A program made the position numbers and the translations under genes. DNA of 64,000 nucleotides from an uncultured Rikenella sp. (GTDB taxonomy: Bacteria; Bacteroidota; Bacteroidia; Bacteroidales; VadinHA17): positions 7,773 to 71,772 of the forward strand of contig CAZVLJ010000004.1 in NCBI GenBank assembly GCA_964627825.1, given 5' to 3'. The notes under the pieces are model-generated. The model saw nothing but the letters and a program-made list of their open reading frames with translations, was not told the origin of the DNA and did not search any database. Of the stretch, positions 36,339 through 45,735 are shown piece after piece. How positions within the stretch are numbered: position 1 is the first letter of the stretch; each line of letters opens with the position of its first letter.

Positions 36339-38327
36339 ATGGCAGATGGTTACAGAAGTTTGAGTATAGGTGAGATCCGTGGCCTGGAAGCAGCAGGCTG
36401 CAGGAGCAACTCATGGGAGAGTGTTTTTGTAAAAGACCCGTTCAATGCCGAGAGGATCCAAAATGTCACCTTTTCCGGGATTGTCAGGCTGGGCCTCTTC
36501 AACGGGGTGGCCCGCGAGAGGTGCGGATTGCCGCTCCTCCACGGGATCAAAAATGCCCACATCCACAACTGCAACATAGCTGACAATGTCACAATAACCG
36601 ACATTACCGGTTTTATTGCCAATTATGAGATCGGTGAGGGTGTGGTAATAAGGAATTGCGGCCATATATCCACCGAAGGCCGCACCTCGTTCGGCAACGG
36701 CACACGCGTTGCCGTCCTCAACGAGACAGGAGGAAGAGAGGTGCCAATATGGGATCGCCTGACCTCGCACATGGCATACATCATCACCCTATACAGGCAC
36801 CGGCCGGCAGCCATAGGAGAGATAGAAAAGATGATAGCCGACTATTCTGAGAGTGTTAAGACGGACCGGGGTGAGATTGGCTCCGGAGCGTATATAGCAG
36901 GATGCGGAACCATCAAGAACGTTAGAATAGGTAACGGCGCCGTGATTGAGGATGTCTCAAGACTGGCCGAGGGATCGGTCAACAGCACTTTCAAGGACCC
37001 TGTCATCATCGGGAATGATGTGATAATGGATCACTTCATCATCTGCTCGGGATCAAAGGTCAATGATGCCGCTGTGATAGACAAGTGCTTTATCGGGCAG
37101 GGCTGCACCCTGTCAAAACAGTACTCTGCTGAGAACTCACTTTTCTTCTCCAACTGCGGGGGCTATCACGGCGAGGCCTGCTCAATATTTGCCGGACCAT
37201 TCACGGTAACACACCACAAGTCTACCCTGCTGATTGCGGGAATCTTCTCCTTCATGAACGCCGGCAGCGGCTCCAACCAGAGCAATCATATGTACAAACT
37301 GGGTCCGATACACCAGGGGATCATGGAGAGAGGCTCGAAAACCACCTCCGACTCATACGTTCTGTGGCCCTCGCGCATAGGACCCTTCACGCTGGTGGTG
37401 GGTCGCCATTACCATAATGTTGATACCACACAGTTCCCCTTCTCGTATCTTACCGAGGTGAGCTACGAGTCACAGCTAATACCCGGCATCAACCTACGCT
37501 CGGTGGGGACCATACGTGACGCCCAGAAATGGCCGAAGCGTGATGTGCGAAAGGATTCAAAAAAACTTGACCAGATAAACTATAACCTCCTCAGCCCATT
37601 CACCGTGGGCAAGATGATGAAGGGCAGGGAACTGCTCAAAAAGCTGTTGGGGGAAAACCACGGACAGGAGATAATTTCATTTGAAAGAATGAGGATGAAG
37701 AGCTCAGCAGCCAGGAGAGGTATTGCCCTCTACCAGATGGGCATTGATAAGTTCATCGGCAACTCGGTGATCAAGAGACTGGAAGGCACGGAATGCGCGA
37801 GCAATGAGGAGATACGCAAAAGGATGAAGCCCGGCAATGACAAGGGCAAGGGCGACTGGATTGACATGTCAGGACTGATAACACCCCTCAGCTCCATCGA
37901 GGAACTGCTCTCAGCCATTGAGAACAGGGAGGTGAAGAGCGCTGATGCTATTAACAGGCATTTTGAGGCAATACACAAGCACTATTATGACCTTGAATGG
38001 AGCTGGGTTTATGACCGTCTGCCTGAGGAGACCGGCAAGCCCAACGAGGAGCTGACGGCTGAAGATATCATCTCAATAGTGGAGAGATGGAAAAAGAGCG
38101 TGGTTGACCTTGACAGGATGCTTTACGAGGATGCCCGCAAGGAGTTCACACTCTCATCCATGACAGGGTTCGGCATTGACGGTGATGATGAGGTGAAGAA
38201 ACGAGATTTTGAGCAGGTGAGAGGCGACTTTGAGAAGAACAGCGTGGTGCTGGCCATCCTTGATCACATAAAGATCAAGACCGAGCTGGGGGATGAGCTG
38301 ATCAGCCGAATGCGGAATATAGGATAA
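36339..38327 (+). CDS. uncharacterised protein, DUF4954-like (left-handed beta-helix region + helical C-terminus)
   Basis: 662-aa ORF starting 15 nt after glmS. Hexapeptide-like periodicity in residues ~60-260 (..IHNCNIADNVTITDI.., ..IGNGAVIEDVS.., ..IGNDVIMDHFII..). The family name is from memory. Confidence 0.6.
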   Translation: MADGYRSLSIGEIRGLEAAGCRSNSWESVFVKDPFNAERIQNVTFSGIVRLGLFNGVARERCGLPLLHGIKNAHIHNCNIADNVTITDITGFIANYEIGEGVVIRNCGHISTEGRTSFGNGTRVAVLNETGGREVPIWDRLTSHMAYIITLYRHRPAAIGEIEKMIADYSESVKTDRGEIGSGAYIAGCGTIKNVRIGNGAVIEDVSRLAEGSVNSTFKDPVIIGNDVIMDHFIICSGSKVNDAAVIDKCFIGQGCTLSKQYSAENSLFFSNCGGYHGEACSIFAGPFTVTHHKSTLLIAGIFSFMNAGSGSNQSNHMYKLGPIHQGIMERGSKTTSDSYVLWPSRIGPFTLVVGRHYHNVDTTQFPFSYLTEVSYESQLIPGINLRSVGTIRDAQKWPKRDVRKDSKKLDQINYNLLSPFTVGKMMKGRELLKKLLGENHGQEIISFERMRMKSSAARRGIALYQMGIDKFIGNSVIKRLEGTECASNEEIRKRMKPGNDKGKGDWIDMSGLITPLSSIEELLSAIENREVKSADAINRHFEAIHKHYYDLEWSWVYDRLPEETGKPNEELTAEDIISIVERWKKSVVDLDRMLYEDARKEFTLSSMTGFGIDGDDEVKKRDFEQVRGDFEKNSVVLAILDHIKIKTELGDELISRMRNIG

Positions 38328-38336
38328 GAAGAGAAA

Positions 38337-38427
38337 AGTCAGCAGTCAGCGGTCAGCAGTCGGCAGTCAATCAATTACTTACAGCCTGCAGCCAGGACTG
38401 CCTACTGCGGACTGCCAACTGTCGACT
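38337..38427. repeat. imperfect 32-nt inverted repeat built from heptads (possible bidirectional terminator)
   Basis: Left arm AGTCAGCAGTCAGCGGTCAGCAGTCGGCAGTC (38337-38368). Right arm GACTGCCTACTGCGGACTGCCAACTGTCGACT (38396-38427). Hand pairing gives 25 Watson-Crick plus 2 G-T out of 32. Confidence 0.7.
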
Positions 38428-39481
38428 ATCTTCTGCCGTACATCTCCTCGTAATACTTCGCATAGTCACCTGAGATAATGTCAGTCAGCCATTTCTCATT
38501 TGCCAGGTACCAGTCAACGGTCATCTCCAGGCCCTGCTCAAAGGTGACTGATGGTCTCCACCCGAGCTCCCTCTGCAGCTTGCCGCTGTCAATGGCATAA
38601 CGGAGGTCATGTCCTGCGCGGTCAGTGACAAAGGTGATAAGCTGTGCCGAGCTGCCGCTCTCCCTGCCCAGCTTGCGGTCCATGATACTGCAGAGCAAAC
38701 GTACCAGGTCAATGTTCTTCCACTCATTGTCTCCCCCTACATTATACGTCTCCCCCGGCGTACCCTGATGGAAAATAAGATCAATGGCAGCCGCATGATC
38801 CTCAACGAACAGCCAGTCACGGATATTCTCACCCTTACCGTAGACCGGGATCGGCTTCATTGTCTTTATGTTGTTGATGGTCAGTGGAATGAGTTTTTCC
38901 GGGAACTGGTTGGGACCGTAGTTGTTGGAGCAGTTGGAGATCACAAACGGCAGTTTGTATGTATTGCCGAAAGCTCTCACCATATGGTCTGAGCTGGCCT
39001 TGGAGGCCGAATAGGGGCTGCGCGGGTCGTAGGCAGTCTGCTCGGTAAAGTATCCTCCGTGCTCAAGTGAGCCGTACACCTCGTCAGTGGAGATATGGTA
39101 GAAAAGTTTGCCGGCACCGGCGGCAGGAACAACATCGCGAAACGCTGCCAGCAGGTTGACCGTGCCGAGGATATTTGTATGGATGAACTCATCAGGCGAG
39201 GTGATTGATCTGTCTACGTGTGATTCCGCAGCCAGGTGTATCACCCCGTCAAACCTGAACTCGCTGAAGAGGGCATTGACAGCCTTCTTGTCCACTATGT
39301 CAACCTTGCGGAAGGTATAGTTCGGTTCCCGGTCAATATCGGTAAGGTTGCCGAGGTTACCCGCGTATGTGAGCTTGTCAGCATTAACCACGGTATAGCT
39401 GTGGTATTTCTTCACAAACCGTCTCACAACGTGTGACCCGATAAATCCGGCCCCGCCGGTAATGAGTATTACTCTTTTCAT
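38426..39481 (-). CDS. rfbB: dTDP-glucose 4,6-dehydratase
   Basis: ITGGAGFIGSH Rossmann motif and YSASKASSD (YxxxK). Start ATG 39481 (MKRVILITGG..) overlaps the galE stop by 1 nt (TAATG). Confidence 0.9.
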   Translation of the reverse strand: MKRVILITGGAGFIGSHVVRRFVKKYHSYTVVNADKLTYAGNLGNLTDIDREPNYTFRKVDIVDKKAVNALFSEFRFDGVIHLAAESHVDRSITSPDEFIHTNILGTVNLLAAFRDVVPAAGAGKLFYHISTDEVYGSLEHGGYFTEQTAYDPRSPYSASKASSDHMVRAFGNTYKLPFVISNCSNNYGPNQFPEKLIPLTINNIKTMKPIPVYGKGENIRDWLFVEDHAAAIDLIFHQGTPGETYNVGGDNEWKNIDLVRLLCSIMDRKLGRESGSSAQLITFVTDRAGHDLRYAIDSGKLQRELGWRPSVTFEQGLEMTVDWYLANEKWLTDIISGDYAKYYEEMYGRR

Positions 39482-40509
39482 TAATCCCTGTTTTTCAGCC
39501 TGTTCTCCCATCTCCATGCGGTCTCCATAGCCTCCTCAATAGTTATCTCCGTCTTCCATTCGAGCTCCCTGTTGGCCAGTGAGGGGTCAGCCCATATTTT
39601 CTCAATATCGCCTGCCCTGCGGCCGGTAACTGAATATTTCAGCTTCATACCGGTGGCATTCTCAAATGCAGCTATGGCTTCCAGCACCGAGACGCCCTTG
39701 CCCATACCGAGGTTAAAGACCTCGTAATTGTCTTTGTTACGTTCGTCCAGCATCCTTTCCAGCGCCATCACGTGTGCCCTGGCCAGGTCAACCACATGGA
39801 GGTAGTCACGTATGCACGAGCCGTCCGGAGTGTCATAATCGGTCCCGAAGACCTTCAGTTCCTCCCTGATGCCTATTGCGGTCTGGGTGATGTAGGGCAC
39901 CAGATTCTCAGGCACGCCACGCGGCAGCTCTCCTATGAATGCTGTAGGATGAGCTCCTATGGGGTTGAAATATCTGAGTGAGACAGCCTTAAGTGACGGC
40001 CTTGCGACCATAGTGTCACGGATGATGATCTCGCCGGCCTGCTTGGTGTAGCCATACGGCGAAGCAGCCTCCTTCACGGGAGAGGCTTCCGTCACGGGAA
40101 GGATGTCAGGCTGGCCGTAAACGGTGCATGACGATGAGAATACCAGCGCGGGCACGTTATGGGTCTCCATCATCTCCAGGAGGTTCATCAGCGAGACGAG
40201 ATTGTTCCTGTAATAGTCGAGCGGTTTCCTGACCGACTCACCAACAGCCTTGTATGCAGCGAAGTGAATGATGGCATCTATCCTTCCCTCAGCCCTGAAG
40301 AGCTCTTCGAGCTTCTCTTTGTCGCAGAGGTCGTATTCATAGAATGCGGGGGTTACTCCGGTAATGGAGCGGATACCTTCGAGCACCGAGATATCGGAGT
40401 TGTAAAGGTTGTCAACGATCACCGTCTCATACCCTCCGGCAATGAGCTCCACGGCTGTGTGTGACCCGATATAGCCTGTGCCTCCTGTTACTATTACCTT
40501 TTTTCCCAT
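39481..40509 (-). CDS. galE: UDP-glucose (or UDP-GlcNAc) 4-epimerase
   Basis: VTGGTGYIGSH and YGYTKQAGE (YxxxK). Start ATG 40509 (MGKKVIVTGG..) overlaps the upstream stop by 1 nt (TGATG). Confidence 0.85.
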   Translation of the reverse strand: MGKKVIVTGGTGYIGSHTAVELIAGGYETVIVDNLYNSDISVLEGIRSITGVTPAFYEYDLCDKEKLEELFRAEGRIDAIIHFAAYKAVGESVRKPLDYYRNNLVSLMNLLEMMETHNVPALVFSSSCTVYGQPDILPVTEASPVKEAASPYGYTKQAGEIIIRDTMVARPSLKAVSLRYFNPIGAHPTAFIGELPRGVPENLVPYITQTAIGIREELKVFGTDYDTPDGSCIRDYLHVVDLARAHVMALERMLDERNKDNYEVFNLGMGKGVSVLEAIAAFENATGMKLKYSVTGRRAGDIEKIWADPSLANRELEWKTEITIEEAMETAWRWENRLKNRD

Positions 40510-41804
40510 CACAGACTCCAGTATGTCAGCCACTTCATCGTGTTCCTGTAGAGACCTTTAAGGTCTACCAGTATGCCCTTTTCGTTGAGCAGGTCAAGGA
40601 AATATTTCTCGTCAAGGTTGCGGTACTCCTTATGAGACACCGCCACAATGATAGCGTCATATTTTCCATCAGGGCCTCTCTTAAGATCGATCCCGTACTC
40701 GTGCTTCACCTCCTCCGGTGATGCTCCGGGGTCAATCACGTCGACTTCCACCCCGAAATCGCGCAGCTCGTTGACCACGTCAATGACTTTTGAGTTGCGT
40801 ATATCCGTAACATCCTCCTTGAAGGTCATGCCCATCACCAGCACCTTTGACCTGTCAGGACTCTTATGGGCTGCGATGAGCTTCTTCACCGTCTCCTTGC
40901 CGGCATAGGCGCCCATGCTGTCATTGGTGAACCTGCCGGAGTCGATCATCTGGGGGTGGTATCCCATTGCCTTGGCCTTATATGAGAGGTAGTAGGGATC
41001 AACGCCTATACAGTGGCCTCCCACCAACCCGGGGTAGAATTTCAGGAAGTTCCACTTGGTGCCGGCGGCCTCAAGGACCTCGTATGTGTTGATACCCATC
41101 CTGTTGAATATGATTGACAGCTCATTCATGAAGGCTATGTTGATGTCACGCTGGGTGTTCTCTATGATCTTGGCAGCCTCAGCCACCTTTATTGATGAGG
41201 CACGGTGAACGCCTGCTTCTATTATAAGCTCATAGGTCTTTGCTATGTTTTCGGCTGATTCGGCATCGCAGCCGCTGGTTACCTTGACTATCTTCGTCAG
41301 CGTGTGGTTCTTATCCCCGGGATTTATTCGTTCCGGTGAGAAGCCCACCTTGAAATCATCCGGGCATTTCAGCCCTGAGTACCTTTCAAGCACCGGGATG
41401 CACTCCTCCTCGGTACAGCCCGGGTAAACGGTTGATTCATAAACCACATAGTCGCCTTTCTTGAGGATGCGCCCCACCGTTTCAGAGGCTTTCAGCACTG
41501 GCTCCAGGTCGGGCAGATTGTGCCTTGTCACCGGGGTGGGGACTGCTATGATGTGGAATGATGCCTCACCCAGATCCCCGGGGTCAGCGGTAAATTTAAT
41601 ATCCGTTCCTGCAAATGCCTCATGCTCAAGCTCATTACTGGGGTCGATCCCCTTTTGCATCAGCTCCACACGGTCAGGTCTTATGTCAAAACCGACCACG
41701 CTGATCTTTTTCGCGAACTCAAGTGCTATGGGCAGGCCAACATAACCGAGGCCTATGAGTGAGAGTTTTTTCTCTCTGGTTACAAGTTTATCGTACATAT
41801 TCAT
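40509..41804 (-). CDS. UDP-N-acetyl-hexosamine 6-dehydrogenase (WbpA/WbpO/TviB-like nucleotide-sugar dehydrogenase)
   Basis: Rossmann motif IGLGYVGLPIA and catalytic-Cys region GLVGGHCIGVDP; 431 aa. 4-nt overlap with the upstream gene. Confidence 0.8.
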   Translation of the reverse strand: MNMYDKLVTREKKLSLIGLGYVGLPIALEFAKKISVVGFDIRPDRVELMQKGIDPSNELEHEAFAGTDIKFTADPGDLGEASFHIIAVPTPVTRHNLPDLEPVLKASETVGRILKKGDYVVYESTVYPGCTEEECIPVLERYSGLKCPDDFKVGFSPERINPGDKNHTLTKIVKVTSGCDAESAENIAKTYELIIEAGVHRASSIKVAEAAKIIENTQRDINIAFMNELSIIFNRMGINTYEVLEAAGTKWNFLKFYPGLVGGHCIGVDPYYLSYKAKAMGYHPQMIDSGRFTNDSMGAYAGKETVKKLIAAHKSPDRSKVLVMGMTFKEDVTDIRNSKVIDVVNELRDFGVEVDVIDPGASPEEVKHEYGIDLKRGPDGKYDAIIVAVSHKEYRNLDEKYFLDLLNEKGILVDLKGLYRNTMKWLTYWSL

Positions 41805-42751
41805 TTCTTAATAAGGGGGTGATATTCTCCTGTCAGCACTGATAATGCCGAATTTCTTATCTGGTATACTGTCTCAATACTCTGACGGGCATCCTCCACG
41901 CCATAGCCGTTGCCATTCAGTATCTCCCGGTAGGTAACGGTGTGCAGGTCGGTGAATCCTTCTGAGAATTCCAGTTCCTCACCGTCAATGGTAATATTTC
42001 TGTATGTTCTTTTGCCTTTCTCCTTAACCGTTTTCGGCAGGTCATTGAAGTCGATGCTCAGGAACCATCTTACCCGGGCGTTTTCAAGTTCAAGAAAACC
42101 GGAGGCCTTGTCACGCTCAAGCAGATGTACCCTGTTTGAAACCACAGGTCCGAAGATCCATCCCAGCATATCAAAGAAATGGACCCCGATATTGGTGGCT
42201 ATGCCGCCTGACTTGTTGACATCGCCCTTCCAGGATATATGATACCAGTTGCCCCGGCTGGTGATGTATGTAAGATCAATGTCATGCTTCCTTCCTGCAT
42301 GGGCATTCATGATCTTTTCCCTCATCTCCATGATCACGGGGTGGTATCTCAGCTGTAGGATATTGAAGATCCTCCGTCCGGTCTCTTTTTCTATCTCCTG
42401 GAGCGCATCTATGTTCCAGGGATTGAGCACCACGGGTTTCTCGCAGATGGCGTCAGCCTGGTGGCGCAGGGCGAAGCGGATATGGGAGTCATGCAGGTAG
42501 TTGGGTGAGCAGATACTCACGTAATCCAGCTGCACGCCAACTCTTTTAAGTTTATCTACATGTCTGTCAAACCTCTCGAACTCAACAAAGAAGTCGCTCT
42601 CAGGGAAGTAGCTGTCGAGTTTTCCCACGCAGTCAAATTTGTCAAGGCTGGCCAGGAGTCGATTACCGGTCTCCTTTATGGCTCTCAGGTGCCGGTCAGC
42701 TATATAGCCCGCAGTGCCTATGAGTCCGAAGTTCTTAGGTGTATTGGTCAT
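41801..42751 (-). CDS. Gfo/Idh/MocA oxidoreductase, WbpB-like (UDP-GlcNAcA 3-dehydrogenase-like)
   Basis: N-terminus FGLIGTAGYIADRHLRAIKETGN resembles WbpB from memory. Located between WbpD-like and WbpA-like genes. Confidence 0.7.
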   Translation of the reverse strand: MTNTPKNFGLIGTAGYIADRHLRAIKETGNRLLASLDKFDCVGKLDSYFPESDFFVEFERFDRHVDKLKRVGVQLDYVSICSPNYLHDSHIRFALRHQADAICEKPVVLNPWNIDALQEIEKETGRRIFNILQLRYHPVIMEMREKIMNAHAGRKHDIDLTYITSRGNWYHISWKGDVNKSGGIATNIGVHFFDMLGWIFGPVVSNRVHLLERDKASGFLELENARVRWFLSIDFNDLPKTVKEKGKRTYRNITIDGEELEFSEGFTDLHTVTYREILNGNGYGVEDARQSIETVYQIRNSALSVLTGEYHPLIKK

Positions 42752-42780
42752 AAGAATGATTTTACAAAGGCATAAATCAA

Positions 42781-43359
42781 CTAAATAATCTTTGTCACTT
42801 CCCCGTCGGACAATCTGTATCTCTGGCCGCTCTCCGGGCAGACGGCGGTACCGCTGTCATCAAAAGAGAGCCGGTGTCCGTATTCCGAGATCCATCCTGT
42901 CTGGCGGCCGGGATTACCCACCACGAGGGCATAGGGCTTCACCGGCCTGGTGATCACCGTCCCGGCGCCGATAAGGCAGTACTCTCCTATCTCATTGCCA
43001 CACACGATGGTTGCATTGGCACCAATGGATGCTCCGCGCCTGACCATCGTGGTGACGTACCGGTCACGCCTGATGACGGCGCTGCGAGGGTTGGTTATGT
43101 TGGTGAATACCATTGAGGGTCCCAGGAATACATCGTCCTCACATATAACTCCTGTATATATTGATACATTGTTCTGGACCTTGACATTATTTCCGAGGAT
43201 CACACCGGGGGATACAACCACGTTTTGACCTATGTTGCATCCCTGGCCTATGACAGCATCCTTCATGACATGGCTGAAGTGCCATATTTTTGTTCCGCGA
43301 CCGATGGTGCATCCCTCGTCGATAACCGCAGTCTCATGCGCAAAATATTCTTTATCCAT
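42781..43359 (-). CDS. hexapeptide-repeat N-acetyltransferase, WbpD/WlbB-like
   Basis: Left-handed beta-helix repeats (IGRGTKIWHFSHV, IGQGCNIGQNVVV, LGNNVKVQNNVSI, IGANATIVCGNEI). Start moved to ATG 43359 (MDKEYFAHETAVID..). Confidence 0.75.
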   Translation of the reverse strand: MDKEYFAHETAVIDEGCTIGRGTKIWHFSHVMKDAVIGQGCNIGQNVVVSPGVILGNNVKVQNNVSIYTGVICEDDVFLGPSMVFTNITNPRSAVIRRDRYVTTMVRRGASIGANATIVCGNEIGEYCLIGAGTVITRPVKPYALVVGNPGRQTGWISEYGHRLSFDDSGTAVCPESGQRYRLSDGEVTKII

Positions 43360-43366
43360 TTCCTTT

Positions 43367-44494
43367 TCAGTTGAATTTTGACCTGATGCATCCGGTGATG
43401 TATGACAGCTGCTCATCGTCCAGTTCGGTATGCATGGGCAGTGAGAGCACCTCCCCGGAGAGCCTGTTGGTGACGGGAAAGTCATCAGGCCTGTAGCCCA
43501 GATGAAGGTATGCTTTCTGCGTATGAAGAGGCACCGGGTAGTAGATCATTGAGGGTATCCCTTCATTCTCAAGGCACTCTCTCAGGCTGTTGCGCTCGCC
43601 GCCGTCTATCCTGAGGGTATACTGGTGAAAGATATGTGTTGAGAAGGGAGACCTTACAGGCGGGGTGATCCCCTGCAGCCCTGACAGCTCACGGTCATAG
43701 TACCCGGCTGCCATGCGGCGTGCCTCATTGAACCCATCAAGGTGACGCAGCTTGACCCTGAGGATAGCTGCCTGGATAGTGTCAAGGCGCGAGTTGACAC
43801 CGATGGTGTCATGGTAATATCTCACCTTCATGCCATGGTTGGTGATACTGCGTATCAGCGCTGCCAGCTCATCATTGTCAGTGAAGAGTGCCCCGCCGTC
43901 GCCATAACAGCCCAGGTTCTTGGATGGGAAGAAGGAGGTGCAGCCGATGGTGCCCATGGTGCCTGCTTTCTTCTCCGTGCCGTCACTGAAACGGTATACT
44001 GCGCCGGTGGCCTGTGCCACATCCTCTATGATGAAAAGATTATTTTCACGTGCCAGCTCCAGTATAGGTTCCATATAGGCGCACTGGCCGAAAAGATGCA
44101 CCGGCACTATCGCCCTGGTCTTCGGGGTGATGGCTTTCCGTATGGCTTCAACGCTTATGTTGAAGGAGTCGTGATCGGGCTCCACAAGCACCGTCTTCAA
44201 CCCCAGCAGCTCTATCACCTCCACAGTGGCAATGAAAGTAAAATCAGTGGTTATCACCTCATCACCCGGCCTGAGTCCCAATGCCATCATGGCTATCTGG
44301 AGCGCATCAGTGCCGTTGCCGCATGAGATAACATTTCGGACCCCCAGGTAACGCTGAAGCTCCTCCTCAAAGAGACGCACCTCAGGACCCTTGATGAAGG
44401 CTGTGGAGCTGATGACTCCCGCCACCGCACTGTCAATATCTGCTCTGAGCCTTTCATACTGCGACCGGAGGTCAACCATCTCTATCTTTTTCAT
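43367..44494 (-). CDS. DegT/DnrJ/EryC1/StrS-family aminotransferase, WbpE-like
   Basis: PLP-lysine region FFPSKNLGCYGDGG. Start moved to ATG 44494 (MKKIEMVDLRSQYERL..), a typical N-terminus for this family. Confidence 0.8.
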   Translation of the reverse strand: MKKIEMVDLRSQYERLRADIDSAVAGVISSTAFIKGPEVRLFEEELQRYLGVRNVISCGNGTDALQIAMMALGLRPGDEVITTDFTFIATVEVIELLGLKTVLVEPDHDSFNISVEAIRKAITPKTRAIVPVHLFGQCAYMEPILELARENNLFIIEDVAQATGAVYRFSDGTEKKAGTMGTIGCTSFFPSKNLGCYGDGGALFTDNDELAALIRSITNHGMKVRYYHDTIGVNSRLDTIQAAILRVKLRHLDGFNEARRMAAGYYDRELSGLQGITPPVRSPFSTHIFHQYTLRIDGGERNSLRECLENEGIPSMIYYPVPLHTQKAYLHLGYRPDDFPVTNRLSGEVLSLPMHTELDDEQLSYITGCIRSKFN

Positions 44495-44572
44495 CTTTTG
44501 TATGTTCTCTCTAAAGCGAAGATAATAGATTTTATTTAACGCTTTTTCCGCGGGCGAACTCACGTTTCTTTT

Positions 44573-44580
44573 TTATCTTT
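44573..44580 (+). promoter_or_regulatory. -7 promoter box for the SPOR-domain gene
   Basis: TATCTTTG, 18 nt before ATG 44599. Confidence 0.5.
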
Positions 44581-44598
44581 GTTCAATATTCGTTATTC

Positions 44599-45735
44599 AT
44601 GGCGAAGGACATCAGCGCTCACATCAGAGAACTTCTATTCAGGCATGACTGCGTCATTGTACCAGGGTTTGGCGCGTTCATAGGGAACTATTTTCCCTCA
44701 CGCTCAGACCGTAAAGAGGGTCTTTTTGAGCCCCCCTCAAGGAAGATAACCTTTAACCGTCATCTCACCGGCAATGACGGACTCCTTATAGGCCATGTCT
44801 CCTCGGTGCTTGATGTCGGTTACGGCAGTGCACGTGAGATAGTTAACGAATGGTCCGCGGAGCTGAGAAGGAAGATCATGGCTGACAAACCAGTTACCAT
44901 TGACCTCCTGGGGACCTTCTCACTGAATTATGAGGGCGTGATAGTTTTTGAACCGGATCTTACGGTCAATTATTTGCTCTCATCATACGGTCTCAGCGCC
45001 TATTACCGGCAGCCGGTGAGCGGACTCGACGTGAGGAAGAAAGCACTGGAGAAACGTCATGAGCCCGCTGTCAGCCAGCCCTCCATGAGAAGCCTGCTGG
45101 CAAGGGCAGCAGTGATAGGGCCGATACTGATTGCCCTGGCATTGGTGCCCTTCAATGACCGGATCTTCAAAAGCAACATAGAGGAGTCGAACCTCAATCC
45201 TCTGGCCAGGGCAGAGCTTGAGTTCAACCGTGAACAGATTGATGCAGAGAGAGCATCATCTGCTGCTCAATACCCTCTCACGGAGAGCACTGTTGCCGAC
45301 CCTGGTACGTCGGAGATGAGTGTCACAGAGCCTGTCACGGAGGATAAGACCATTGCAGGGCAGATGTCATCGGATCAGTCAGTCACCGGTCAGATAACTG
45401 CCCGCCAACCTGCCGAAGCTGTTGCAGTACCGAAGAGAGTGGCAGCAGAACCGGATGAAATGTGGCAGAGTGCCAGGAGAACGTCGGCCGTGGTGGTGGA
45501 AGAGTACAGGTACATGGTGATCATCGGCAGCTTCCAGGATGAGGAGAATGCCCTGACCCTGGTGGAGCAGCTCCGCCGCAAGGGGTATGACCCGGAGATG
45601 GCCGGCGGTCCTGATGGCTACCTGAGGGTAAGCGCACAGGCATTCCCCACCCTTGATGAGGCAAAGGTGCTTCTGACAAAGATACGCCGGGAGTTTCCCG
45701 GAGCATGGGTCTACAAATCAGGCAGTAGGCAGTAG
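44599..45735 (+). CDS. SPOR-domain protein with HU-like N-terminal domain
   Basis: C-terminal SPOR-like YMVIIGSFQDEENALTLVEQLRRKGY..AWVY, a central TM segment (AAVIGPILIALALVPF), and an N-terminus like HU-CCDC81-type domains (from memory). Confidence 0.7.
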   Translation: MAKDISAHIRELLFRHDCVIVPGFGAFIGNYFPSRSDRKEGLFEPPSRKITFNRHLTGNDGLLIGHVSSVLDVGYGSAREIVNEWSAELRRKIMADKPVTIDLLGTFSLNYEGVIVFEPDLTVNYLLSSYGLSAYYRQPVSGLDVRKKALEKRHEPAVSQPSMRSLLARAAVIGPILIALALVPFNDRIFKSNIEESNLNPLARAELEFNREQIDAERASSAAQYPLTESTVADPGTSEMSVTEPVTEDKTIAGQMSSDQSVTGQITARQPAEAVAVPKRVAAEPDEMWQSARRTSAVVVEEYRYMVIIGSFQDEENALTLVEQLRRKGYDPEMAGGPDGYLRVSAQAFPTLDEAKVLLTKIRREFPGAWVYKSGSRQ

